IMG/VR virus record: IMGVR_UViG_3300020477_000014
Coordinates: 64,001-128,000 of that record
DNA from: a virus
DNA: 64,000 bases
Direction: 5' to 3' (one strand)
The notes below the pieces were generated by a model. That model was not told the origin of the DNA, ran no database searches, and was given only the letters and a program-made list of their open reading frames with translations. Positions within the stretch are counted from its first letter, which is position 1. Each line of letters opens with the position of its first letter. The position numbers were made by a program, and so were the translations under genes. This document shows positions 22,387 through 31,698 of the stretch, one piece after another.

Positions 22387-23454
22387 ATGGCTTTTTTAGA
22401 CAACTCAGGAGATATCATTTTAGATGCAGTTCTTACTGACACAGGCAGGCGCAGATTAGCCGAAGCCGCCAATGGGCTTGGATCTGCTGGCGCCGCCCGG
22501 ATTTCTCATTTTGCTTTGGGCGATGATGATATTAATTATTCCCAATATGATCTTAATAATCCTAGTGGATCCAACTATGCTGATTTATCCATTTTGCAAA
22601 CACCGGTACTAGAGGCATTTACACAAGATAACGCCAACATAAATTATGGACTGTTAAGTTTGCCCAATCCGTCAATTTTATATTTGCCGGCGCTTGTTGT
22701 TAATGAAAAACAGTCGGGAACTACTTTTCCGGCTATGCAATCAAAGAGCGGAGTTTTCTATTTGGCAGTAAACACTACGACCTGGGACACCCTTGTCAAC
22801 ACTGAAGCTGGTATTGGAGCAACACAAGTGATGGCTGGCGATCCAACTTCGGGCGGCAGCAGAAGCCCCTTTGTGTTTGTTGAGGGAGGAATAGATTCTG
22901 CACTAGTGGCAAAAACAACTGCTAATCGAAATTCCTATATAACGAACATGGGAACCTCAAACACAACTTATGTACTAGGGGTTGATAGTCGCCTAGGCGG
23001 AAGTGTTTATACTCTAAATAATGGTATATTTGCAAATAATGCATCAAATGCTGACAGTCGGACGTCCTTTAGTGTAAAGATCACTAATCCTAATTCTGCC
23101 GGCTATATGGGATTGGAGAATTATAATTTTTACTCATGTGCTTCTGTTGTGAATGGTGTTCTAGAACCACAAAGCGGAGGTTCTGCTACACAGTATTCTG
23201 CAATAGGGGGAGTAGGCGACACAGTTACGTGTTTTAAATTTTTGGTACCTACTCCGCTTTCGTCAGATGGAACCGCCGGCGGCTTGAGAGACGTCTTGTA
23301 TGATCAGTTGGGTCAAGTAGGAGTTAGTAGTGCTGTGTTGTTTGGCTCAGCAGGTCGCACATATGATTATATAGACACTATGGTATATTTATTTGGTACC
23401 ACTACCGGCGCAATGATTTCTATCCCGATCAGAATTATTAGAAGAGCAACATAA
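22387..23454 (+). CDS. Virion structural protein, paralog of 21328 (355 aa)
   Basis: DIILDAVLTDTGRRRLA...ISHFALGDDDINY; YDYIDT...PIRIIR; GAGAGG Shine-Dalgarno upstream. Confidence 0.6.
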   Translation: MAFLDNSGDIILDAVLTDTGRRRLAEAANGLGSAGAARISHFALGDDDINYSQYDLNNPSGSNYADLSILQTPVLEAFTQDNANINYGLLSLPNPSILYLPALVVNEKQSGTTFPAMQSKSGVFYLAVNTTTWDTLVNTEAGIGATQVMAGDPTSGGSRSPFVFVEGGIDSALVAKTTANRNSYITNMGTSNTTYVLGVDSRLGGSVYTLNNGIFANNASNADSRTSFSVKITNPNSAGYMGLENYNFYSCASVVNGVLEPQSGGSATQYSAIGGVGDTVTCFKFLVPTPLSSDGTAGGLRDVLYDQLGQVGVSSAVLFGSAGRTYDYIDTMVYLFGTTTGAMISIPIRIIRRAT

Positions 23455-23468
23455 AACGGAGAATATAG

Positions 23469-24521
23469 ATGCCAGTAATAAACTTACAACAAATCAACCC
23501 CCTGACCGACATAACCACAACCAACACATTGTTACACGAGGTTATACCGATTACGGGTACTATTTTGGCGGGAACCTATGGAGGATTCCCCAACGAGAAT
23601 AACGTAAAGAATTATATACACGGAATGTTTCAGTCCATATATGACTATCCTTATTTGAGTTCTTCTGCTAATCACCTAATGGATTTGACCATGGGATATG
23701 ATGAGCAGTCGGCGTTATATAATCCCTCACACGTTCAGAATTCCAAGAAAACGAACATGTACAACCAGATGGCTCAAATTCTTTTGGGATACACTTCGTC
23801 TACTGCCGATTCTATCAGAAAATTTGAGAAAGATTTACAACTGGATGGATCTGGAGCAATGCAAAATGTGTTCTTTATGTCTTTATCGCGTTTGTTGACT
23901 AAAGATGAGATTAAGAGAAATTCTTTTAGTATCACACTGGGAAAAGGAAACTGGGCAACCCCATGGTCCAGTTTAATGACGCTAGCCGACATGTCTGCCT
24001 CCTATGGAAGCAACGGAGGTGTGGGATCGAGTGTTGGTGGTGATTATGGCGTATTGTATGATGTTACAAGCAGTGGAGTAACACACGGCGTGGTGTTTTA
24101 TCAGGCTGGAATTGTTGCCTTAAGTTCTTCGATTTTTCGTGGAGTTGCGCAATTTAATCAGAAGGGAGCCAGTTATGATTCCGTCGCTGCTTCTTTTACG
24201 GGTTCTAGCATGACTAGCTCATGTAATGCTTTTCGCCGACGAATTAAAACGATGTCCTTCAACAATACAACAGAAATCAATTCTACCATTTATTTTTGTC
24301 GCATTCCTCATAATCAATTTAACTATAGTTCTAATCCTACATATGTGACCGGGAGCAAAATTAGAGTTAAGAACGTCGCATCCGATCCGCCAGTATCTTA
24401 TCTGACAACAGTGGGTCTCTATAATGCTGCCGGAGAAATGTTGGCAGTTGCTAAAGTTTCAGAACCTCTCAGAAAAGATAATGCCAACGATATTACCATT
24501 AGAGTAAGACTGGACTACTAA
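23469..24521 (+). CDS. Virion/baseplate structural protein, paralog of 24523 (350 aa)
   Basis: C-terminal FNYSSNPTY...YLTTVGLYNAAGEMLAVAKVSEPLRK...RLDY; GGAG SD. Confidence 0.6.
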   Translation: MPVINLQQINPLTDITTTNTLLHEVIPITGTILAGTYGGFPNENNVKNYIHGMFQSIYDYPYLSSSANHLMDLTMGYDEQSALYNPSHVQNSKKTNMYNQMAQILLGYTSSTADSIRKFEKDLQLDGSGAMQNVFFMSLSRLLTKDEIKRNSFSITLGKGNWATPWSSLMTLADMSASYGSNGGVGSSVGGDYGVLYDVTSSGVTHGVVFYQAGIVALSSSIFRGVAQFNQKGASYDSVAASFTGSSMTSSCNAFRRRIKTMSFNNTTEINSTIYFCRIPHNQFNYSSNPTYVTGSKIRVKNVASDPPVSYLTTVGLYNAAGEMLAVAKVSEPLRKDNANDITIRVRLDY

Positions 24522-24522
24522 A

Positions 24523-25824
24523 ATGTCTTTAAAAAAGTTCGGTGACAAAGATGTCTTTGTTAACACGATGCGAGCCCATCCGACTAGTCAATTTATTATT
24601 TTTGATGGAAAAGTAATATACAATCATATACCTGAATTGAGCGGATCCCGAAACGATCAAGTATATAATGTGGACTCCGGAAAAGGATTTGTAAGTCTTT
24701 ACGAATATAATATTGATCGTCCATCATCTTCGGCGAATTCTCCTGTACAATTTGTGGGCTCCAAGGTATTTGGGGAATCTTTGGTTGACTACGGCCGTAT
24801 ATATCCTTGGATTGCGAAAGATAGCGCACGTGCTAGTTTTAAGTCTATTAGTCAAACATCTTATGATAACGAGTTTATTTATGGGGATATACTCACAGGC
24901 TCTTATCCTCTTTCGGCGTCTATAATCCGCGATTATCTAGCACTAAACTCCTATCTTGGACCGGGTTATGCTTATCCGCCTTATGTATCATTAAGGAATC
25001 AATTAAATTTTTATAGTGTTTTATCGGATCACTATAAAGTATCTTCATCATACGGAGATAAAGATAGGCAACCTCTTAATCTTGTTTCGGTGCCGTCTAT
25101 TTTTTATGGATCCAGAATTAAAAAAGGATCTATTTCGTTGAAGTGGTATTTTACGGGCTCTTTAATAGGAGAACTACAAGATGTCCGACAGAATGGCGAA
25201 CTTATCCAAGTTGGACCGCACGGATCCCCGGGTTCTGGTTCGGTAGCTGGGGTAGTTCTGTATAATGAAGGCATATTTGTATTAACTGGATCTTGGGAAC
25301 TTAATCAAGAAACGATAGCTATGAGGTACTCGTCCACGATGCTCGCGTCGGAAATAAATGCTAAACCAAAATGGATTTATTTTGCCGCCGGCTGCAATGA
25401 TGTCATCAGTGATAACAAAAATAATGCCACGTGGCAAAGTACGTACAATCCAACCTTTGTGTCTGCTTCTTTTGATATGTCTTTCAAGGGAGAATCACAG
25501 ACACAGGTAATGACAATGTTCGCACACGCCAAACGAGGTGAGGTGAACTATTCCAACAATCCTACGTATATCGAACATGGTCAATCCGACCGGCTGTTTT
25601 TTACTTCGTCGCACGTCTATGAGGAAAAGAAAGATATAAAATTGAAAAATTTTGTTAGCTCTTCTCATTCACACTATTCTGCATCTTTTGAGAGACAAGT
25701 TGTGATATCTCGCGTTGCCATCTATGATAAAAACAAGAATTTGATTGGAATTGCTACATTGGCGAATCCGGTAATAAAAAAAGAATCAGAAGATATTTCT
25801 TTTAAATTAAAACTTGACATTTAA
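24523..25824 (+). CDS. Virion/baseplate structural protein, paralog of 23469 (433 aa)
   Basis: C-terminal VNYSNNPTY...VISRVAIYDKNKNLIGIATLANPVIK...KLDI. Confidence 0.6.
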   Translation: MSLKKFGDKDVFVNTMRAHPTSQFIIFDGKVIYNHIPELSGSRNDQVYNVDSGKGFVSLYEYNIDRPSSSANSPVQFVGSKVFGESLVDYGRIYPWIAKDSARASFKSISQTSYDNEFIYGDILTGSYPLSASIIRDYLALNSYLGPGYAYPPYVSLRNQLNFYSVLSDHYKVSSSYGDKDRQPLNLVSVPSIFYGSRIKKGSISLKWYFTGSLIGELQDVRQNGELIQVGPHGSPGSGSVAGVVLYNEGIFVLTGSWELNQETIAMRYSSTMLASEINAKPKWIYFAAGCNDVISDNKNNATWQSTYNPTFVSASFDMSFKGESQTQVMTMFAHAKRGEVNYSNNPTYIEHGQSDRLFFTSSHVYEEKKDIKLKNFVSSSHSHYSASFERQVVISRVAIYDKNKNLIGIATLANPVIKKESEDISFKLKLDI

Positions 25825-25842
25825 TAATAAATATGTTATATT
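25814..25842 (+). promoter_or_regulatory. Sigma70-type promoter with extended -10
   Basis: TTGACA (25814-19), 17-nt spacer, TGt-TATATT (25837-42). Confidence 0.75.
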
Positions 25843-25848
25843 ATAATA

Positions 25849-26397
25849 ATGATTTTAGGCGTTGATGTATCCACTAGCATAACAGGATTTGCGGTTATCG
25901 ATGATGATGGCAAATTGATAGAAGCGTCGGCTTGCGATCTTCGAAAGCACAAAGATTTCTTCGAAAAATGTTTACATTTTCGTGAGTGCTCTTTAGATTT
26001 AGCTGACAAGCACTGTAAGCTTTTTAATAGAGTAGGGGTGTCTCACATCTACATTGAACAACCTTTTACGTTCTTTAACTCCGGAGGTTCGAGTGCCAAG
26101 ACCATGGCAGCCCTACAGCGGTTTAACGGCGTGGTCTCTTGGATGTTGTATGAGATATTCGAAATAGTACCACAGTATGTGGGCGCCACACAAGCTCGCA
26201 AGAAAGTCGGGATCAAGGTCCCACGAGGGCAGAAAGCCAAGAAGGTCGTGATGGAACACCTTCTTAAGGATGATGAAGACTTTAAAATTGAATACACTTA
26301 TCGCGGAAATCCAAAACCACAATACTATGATATGGCAGACGCACTCGTAATCGCACGTGCTGGACGAATTATAGAAAAAGAGAAAGAATCTTCTTGA
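25849..26397 (+). CDS. RuvC-like Holliday junction resolvase (RNase H fold)
   Basis: Acidic catalytic motifs ILGVDVSTSITGFAV, YIEQPF and DMADALVIA. Confidence 0.75.
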   Translation: MILGVDVSTSITGFAVIDDDGKLIEASACDLRKHKDFFEKCLHFRECSLDLADKHCKLFNRVGVSHIYIEQPFTFFNSGGSSAKTMAALQRFNGVVSWMLYEIFEIVPQYVGATQARKKVGIKVPRGQKAKKVVMEHLLKDDEDFKIEYTYRGNPKPQYYDMADALVIARAGRIIEKEKESS

Positions 26398-26422
26398 CAT
26401 ATATACTAATACATGATATATT
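26394..26422 (+). promoter_or_regulatory. Sigma70-type promoter with extended -10
   Basis: TTGACA (26394-99, containing the upstream TGA stop), 17-nt spacer, TGa-TATATT (26417-22). Confidence 0.75.
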
Positions 26423-26438
26423 TTCTTTATGAGGAAGT

Positions 26439-27377
26439 ATGAATAGACAACAAGCTAAGAAGATTTTACATGAAACTTTTGGATACTACAGCGACAAAGG
26501 AAACGAGCTTCTTTTCGCGTGTCCGGCATGCGATCATCACAAGCGCAAACTCTCTGTTAATTTGGACAAAAATGCTTTTAAGTGTTGGGTATGTGATTAT
26601 CGCGGTCGTAATATTAGGCATCTTGTTAGGCGTTTTGGCTCGTATCGACAGCTACAAAAGTGGGACGAGATTTCAGGTCGGGCCGATCTTAGCGGCTTTG
26701 ATTCTTTATTCATGGTTTCGAGTGAGCGAAATGAAAAGCAGAAGCTCGACTTGCCAGAAGAATTTGAAACACTGACATCAACAAAAATTCCAGCCACAGG
26801 GACATATGCTCATAAATATTTGATGTCTCGTGGTCTTAGCCGGTCAGATATTGTCCGGTGGAAAATTGGCTATTGCTTTAGCGGAGAATATAGAAATAGG
26901 ATAATTGTGCCGTCGTTCGATGAAGACGGTGATGTAAACTATTTTATGGCTCGTTCATACAATGGTGACTCTTATAAATATAAGAATCCTAAAGCATCTA
27001 AAGATGTTGTCTTCAATGAGCTTTATGTGGATTGGGATACCGACTTGGTATTGGTAGAAGGAATATTCGACGCAATAATTGCGGGGAATGGAGTGCCTAT
27101 TCTCGGCAGCACTCTTCGTTCTGATTCCAGGCTCATACAAAAGATTGTCCGCAATGATACACCAGTGTATGTAGCCCTTGATTCTGACGCAGCCGACAAA
27201 GAAAGAAAGATTATTCAGACTCTTTTAAAGTATGATGTAGAGCTTTATAAAATTGATGTTTCTGGATATGAAGATGTGGGGTCGATGTCTAAAGAAATAT
27301 TCACAGAGCGCAAAAGGGATGCTGCGTTCGTGGATCGAGAAGATTATCTTCTGCGAGATTTGCTTTCTGCAATTTAG
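26439..27377 (+). CDS. DNA primase (DnaG-type; zinc-binding domain plus TOPRIM)
   Basis: CPACDHH...CWVC zinc ribbon; LVEGIFDAI and ALDSDA TOPRIM motifs; GAGGA SD. Confidence 0.85.
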   Translation: MNRQQAKKILHETFGYYSDKGNELLFACPACDHHKRKLSVNLDKNAFKCWVCDYRGRNIRHLVRRFGSYRQLQKWDEISGRADLSGFDSLFMVSSERNEKQKLDLPEEFETLTSTKIPATGTYAHKYLMSRGLSRSDIVRWKIGYCFSGEYRNRIIVPSFDEDGDVNYFMARSYNGDSYKYKNPKASKDVVFNELYVDWDTDLVLVEGIFDAIIAGNGVPILGSTLRSDSRLIQKIVRNDTPVYVALDSDAADKERKIIQTLLKYDVELYKIDVSGYEDVGSMSKEIFTERKRDAAFVDREDYLLRDLLSAI

Positions 27378-27380
27378 TCC

Positions 27381-27409
27381 TTGACAGGTCTACCACAACA
27401 TGTTATAAT
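27381..27409 (+). promoter_or_regulatory. Consensus sigma70 promoter with extended -10
   Basis: TTGACA (27381-86), 17-nt spacer, TGt-TATAAT (27404-09). Confidence 0.85.
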
Positions 27410-27440
27410 ATGTTAACGGACAGATCCGTTTGGAGGGAAA

Positions 27441-30400
27441 TTGAAGTTTGCGCATATTAGCGATACTCATATTAAGAATTTAAAATATCACTTTGAGTAT
27501 CGTGAGGTCTTCCGTCAGCTTTATGAGCGATTAAGACAAGAAGAAGTAGATTATATCATTCACTGTGGAGACATTGCTCACACAAAAACTCAGATCTCAC
27601 CTGAGTTCGTAGAAATGTGTTCGCAGTTCTTTCGTAGCTTAGCGGCGATTGCACCCACTTATATCATCTTGGGTAACCATGATGGCAACTTGAAGAACAG
27701 CAGCCGTCAGGACGCATTAACGCCCATTGTAGAGGCACTTAATCTACCAGATCTGCATCTACTGAAGAATTCGGGTGAGACTCATATTGATGACACGTTT
27801 TGCCTGAATGTGTTGTCTGTATTTGACCGGGGAAATTGGACAAATCCAACCAATCCCGATAAGATCAATATCGCTCTCTATCACGGATCTATTTCACGTT
27901 CCAGAACCGATATGAACTGGGTAATGGAGATTGGCGAAGACACACTAGACATATTTAAGCCTTTCGATTTTGCAATGTTGGGCGACATTCATCGTCGCCA
28001 ATTCTTAGATGAAGAAGGTCGCATCTGGTATGCCGGCTCTACCGTTCAACAGAATCACGGCGAGACGAACGACAAGGGCATTCTCATCTGGGACATCACA
28101 TCTAAAGACGACTGGGATATTGAGCCTATAGTTCTAAGGAACCCTAAGCCATTTACAACCATTCAACTTACTCCCACCGGTCGAATGCCACCGCGAGTAA
28201 ATATTCCAACCGGCGCTCGATTGCGGCTAGTTAGCAACAACAATCTTCCTTTGGGAACGATGCGTCGAGCGATGGAGATAGCCAAACACCGCTTTAAGCC
28301 CGAAAGTATTTCGTTTCTTAATCGTGCCGCTGGCCAGCGTGGTAATGTGGAAGAGATAGCGGACACACTAAAGACCGAGAATCTTCGCGATCCTAAAATT
28401 CAAGAACAATTAATAAGAGAATATCTTAAAGAATATCAAGCACCAGAAGATATGTTAGAAAAAGTATTTGAAATTAATCGTCATTACAATAAGCTAGCCG
28501 AGAACAGCGAAGATATATCGAGAAACATAAATTGGAAGTTACGGTCTTTTAAGTGGGATAATCTCTTTAATTATGGTACTCAGAATTCTATTAATTTTGA
28601 TAACTTAAATGGCATTATTGGCATATTTGGTAAAAACTTTTCAGGCAAAAGTTCGATTGTTGATGCTGCGCTCTATACCTTGTTTAACACAACCTCCAAA
28701 AACGAAAGAAAAAATCTCAATGTTATTAACCAGACTGCCAACAAGTGTTGTGGTGAGCTTGTAATTGAGGTTGGTGAAAAAGTGTACACTATCCATAGAC
28801 AGTCGGAGAAATATACAAAACGCCTCAAAGGCGAAGAAACTCTTGAAGCGAAGACAGATTTGAATTTTGAAGTCTATGATAACATTACAGGAGAAACTAC
28901 CTCATTAAACGGCAATACTCGCAATCTAACGGACGCTAACATCAGAAAGCACTTTGGGTCCCTTGAAGACTTTTCAGTGTCTTCTCTGGCGTCTCAGCAC
29001 GGTTCTCTGGCATTTATTGATGAAGGGTCAACAAGACGTAAAGAAATCATCGCCAAATTCTTAGATTTGGAGGTTTTTGATAAGAAATTTAAGCTAGCAA
29101 AAGAAGATTCGGTTGATATGAAAGTTTTGTTGAAAAAACACCAAGATCGCAATTTCGATGAAGAGATAGAAGAGATAGACGATCGCCTTCGTGGCTATCG
29201 ACAAAGTGTGGAAGAAAACCGAGCGATGTGTTTGCAGTTGAGGGCTGAGCTTAAAAAGATTGATGCCTCTATAGCGACTATAGATGAGACTATTGGTGCG
29301 ATTCCGAATGAATACATAGATATTGCTCGTTTAATTAAACTACAACAACAGAAAGAGAATACGATAGCTTCCCTACATCAGAAAATTGTTGAAGACTCTA
29401 AGGTTATTGATCTTAAAAAACAGGAGATTAGAGCCTCTAAGGAATTGTTATCTGATATCGATTTTGAAGAACTACAATCTCAACAATTACAGATTGAAGA
29501 GTTGAGACAGAAAGAAAAAGAATACATTCAAGAGCTTCAAGATATCGAAAAGAAACGGAAACTTCTAGATGGGATCCCATGCGGAGACTCCTATCCTACA
29601 TGCAAGTTTATTCGAGATGCAAATATTGCTGTTGTATCGAAAGACTTGGTGGAGGGCGATCTTAATTATGTCGGCACACAATTGGAAAAATTGGCTCCCG
29701 ATGATGTGCCTGGTCGTATTGAAGAATATATCAATATCCAGGCTGTGATCGATGAAGCCCACAAGATGGTTGCTGATTTAAGTTTGCGGAGAGAAAGAAA
29801 CAAGGGACTTAAACTTTCTCATGAAGCAAAATTGCATGCTACTGAGGCTAAGATAGAAGAATATAACTCAAATAAGGAGGCAATAGAAAATTTGGAAAGA
29901 CTCTTACAGATGAAAGTTGATCATGATTTGATGGCTGTGACTAAAGAAGAAAAGATATGCGAGTGTGACGAGCAAACCTTAGAGTTGGTTAAATTGGTAG
30001 GATCTTGCGAGCAACAAATAGAAGACCTTGCGAATCAAAAAAATGAACATAAAGAGTTGCAAGAATCCTTTTCGGCTTATGATCTGTTTATGCGTTGCAT
30101 GCATCCTAATGGGATAGCTTATGACATTATTAAGAAGAAGATTCCAGTGATTAACCAAGAGATTGCTAAGATTTTGACCAACATTGTTGAATTTGAGGTG
30201 ATTTTTGAAAGCAATGGTAATAAATTTGACATTTTTATTAAGCATCCAAAATACGAAGCAAGACCAATTGAGATGGCGTCCGGATCTGAGAAAACCATGG
30301 CAGCCATGGCAATTCGTCTTGCGTTGCTTAGTGTGTCATCGCTTCCTAAAGGCGACTTGTTTATTCTTGATGAGCCCGGTACCGCATTGGATGAGGAAAA

Positions 30401-30548
30401 TTTAGAGGGTTTTATTCGTATTTTGACACTAATTAAGATGTATTTTAAGAACGTTCTTCTCATCTCTCATCTTGATTCGCTTAAAGATTGTGTTGATCAG
30501 CAGATTGTTATAGAGAAATACAAAGATCAAGCAAGGGTTAATCAATGA
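27441..30548 (+). CDS. Fused SbcD/Mre11 nuclease and SbcC/Rad50 ATPase (gp47-gp46-like)
   Basis: Metallophosphoesterase motifs HISDTH, HCGDIAH, LGNHD, LYHG and LGDIH; Walker A GKNFSGKSS; coiled coil containing CGDSYPTC; signature ASGSE; Walker B FILDE; H-loop ISH. TTG start with GGAGGG SD. Confidence 0.9.
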   Translation: MKFAHISDTHIKNLKYHFEYREVFRQLYERLRQEEVDYIIHCGDIAHTKTQISPEFVEMCSQFFRSLAAIAPTYIILGNHDGNLKNSSRQDALTPIVEALNLPDLHLLKNSGETHIDDTFCLNVLSVFDRGNWTNPTNPDKINIALYHGSISRSRTDMNWVMEIGEDTLDIFKPFDFAMLGDIHRRQFLDEEGRIWYAGSTVQQNHGETNDKGILIWDITSKDDWDIEPIVLRNPKPFTTIQLTPTGRMPPRVNIPTGARLRLVSNNNLPLGTMRRAMEIAKHRFKPESISFLNRAAGQRGNVEEIADTLKTENLRDPKIQEQLIREYLKEYQAPEDMLEKVFEINRHYNKLAENSEDISRNINWKLRSFKWDNLFNYGTQNSINFDNLNGIIGIFGKNFSGKSSIVDAALYTLFNTTSKNERKNLNVINQTANKCCGELVIEVGEKVYTIHRQSEKYTKRLKGEETLEAKTDLNFEVYDNITGETTSLNGNTRNLTDANIRKHFGSLEDFSVSSLASQHGSLAFIDEGSTRRKEIIAKFLDLEVFDKKFKLAKEDSVDMKVLLKKHQDRNFDEEIEEIDDRLRGYRQSVEENRAMCLQLRAELKKIDASIATIDETIGAIPNEYIDIARLIKLQQQKENTIASLHQKIVEDSKVIDLKKQEIRASKELLSDIDFEELQSQQLQIEELRQKEKEYIQELQDIEKKRKLLDGIPCGDSYPTCKFIRDANIAVVSKDLVEGDLNYVGTQLEKLAPDDVPGRIEEYINIQAVIDEAHKMVADLSLRRERNKGLKLSHEAKLHATEAKIEEYNSNKEAIENLERLLQMKVDHDLMAVTKEEKICECDEQTLELVKLVGSCEQQIEDLANQKNEHKELQESFSAYDLFMRCMHPNGIAYDIIKKKIPVINQEIAKILTNIVEFEVIFESNGNKFDIFIKHPKYEARPIEMASGSEKTMAAMAIRLALLSVSSLPKGDLFILDEPGTALDEENLEGFIRILTLIKMYFKNVLLISHLDSLKDCVDQQIVIEKYKDQARVNQ

Positions 30549-31696
30549 GCAAAAAGAAAAAAGAAGCTAAGAACGAGTTTGATTTTCTGCCACCGGCAGA
30601 GCCACCACCATCTTTCGTACAAGAGAAAGACACATACCACGAAAAAGTGGAAGCTGAAGACTTTGGAATGGTGGAAGATTTTGGACTCCAAATGGAATAT
30701 GCAGATGAAGATCTCCTTCCAGATAATACCGCGCCATCTTCGCTAAATATCGGATTTGTGGGTGTCGGCGGTGGTGGCAACAAAATGGCCAATGCATTTT
30801 TGCAGCTTGGTTTTAATAAAACGCTTTTGGTTAATTCTACAGGAAAAGACATCCCTAAGAATGTAGCTGAAGAACACGTATGTCTTATTCCCGATTCAGA
30901 TGGGATCGGCAAGAATATTGAATATGGTAAAGAAATACTTTCTCAGAACGGCGCAGTCGTAGAAGACGCATTGCGAATTAGGTTTGGGAAAGTCGATTGG
31001 TTATTTGTTTTTGCTGGCGGTGGTGGTGGCACCGGATCGTCAGTTGCAGCACTTCATAATGTTTTTGAGCGATATATGCAGTCGGTTCAGTCGACCGGTA
31101 AGGTCGTTTATATAGTTTCATGGCCGACTGCCCAAGAGGCACTAAACCCTACTATTGCCAAAAACGCACTCACCCTCCTTAATGATGTGTCTGTCTATCC
31201 TCACTTTGTATTGGATAATGAAAGAGCTACGCGGCTTCTGCGTGGTAGGATCGGGATGCTTGGTTTATATCCCGTTGCTAACACACAATTTGCCAAGTCA
31301 CTAGCTCAGGTGCTCAAACTCTCAGATGAAGATTCGCCGATCCAGTCTTTCGACTCAAAAGATTTGGAAACGTGTCTCGGAAACAACGGCCGAGGCTTTG
31401 TGGGATCGACAATGATTAAAGATCCGAACACTGCAAAGCTTGGGTCGGTGATTCTTCACAACTGTATGAACCGCTCTCCTTGTCCTCCGCCGAAAGGAAA
31501 GGCAGCAGCCGGCTCTCTCGTATTGGTGGCTTCCGAAGAAATGGTTGCAGATCCTCGCATCAGCAAACATTTGGAATCTGCGATCGCATACGTAGGTGGT
31601 CGATGTGAAACACTCTTTTCGGGAGTATATGTTCGGCAGAACGTACCTGGGTTGATTGCTATACTAGGTATGAATGGATTACCTAGTGGAGAATAA
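30545..31696 (+). CDS. Tubulin/FtsZ-family GTPase (PhuZ/TubZ-like)
   Basis: GFVGVGGGGNKMA, GIGKN, signature GGGGGTGSS and T7-loop-like SFDSKDL; ATGA overlap with the SbcCD fusion. Confidence 0.85.
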   Translation: MSKKKKEAKNEFDFLPPAEPPPSFVQEKDTYHEKVEAEDFGMVEDFGLQMEYADEDLLPDNTAPSSLNIGFVGVGGGGNKMANAFLQLGFNKTLLVNSTGKDIPKNVAEEHVCLIPDSDGIGKNIEYGKEILSQNGAVVEDALRIRFGKVDWLFVFAGGGGGTGSSVAALHNVFERYMQSVQSTGKVVYIVSWPTAQEALNPTIAKNALTLLNDVSVYPHFVLDNERATRLLRGRIGMLGLYPVANTQFAKSLAQVLKLSDEDSPIQSFDSKDLETCLGNNGRGFVGSTMIKDPNTAKLGSVILHNCMNRSPCPPPKGKAAAGSLVLVASEEMVADPRISKHLESAIAYVGGRCETLFSGVYVRQNVPGLIAILGMNGLPSGE

Positions 31697-31698
31697 CA

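Noticed and set aside
30545-31696. Phage nucleus (chimallin) system inferred from the tubulin gene
   Set aside because: No shell protein is recognisable in the window and the virion genes are T4-like; tubulin alone is not evidence.
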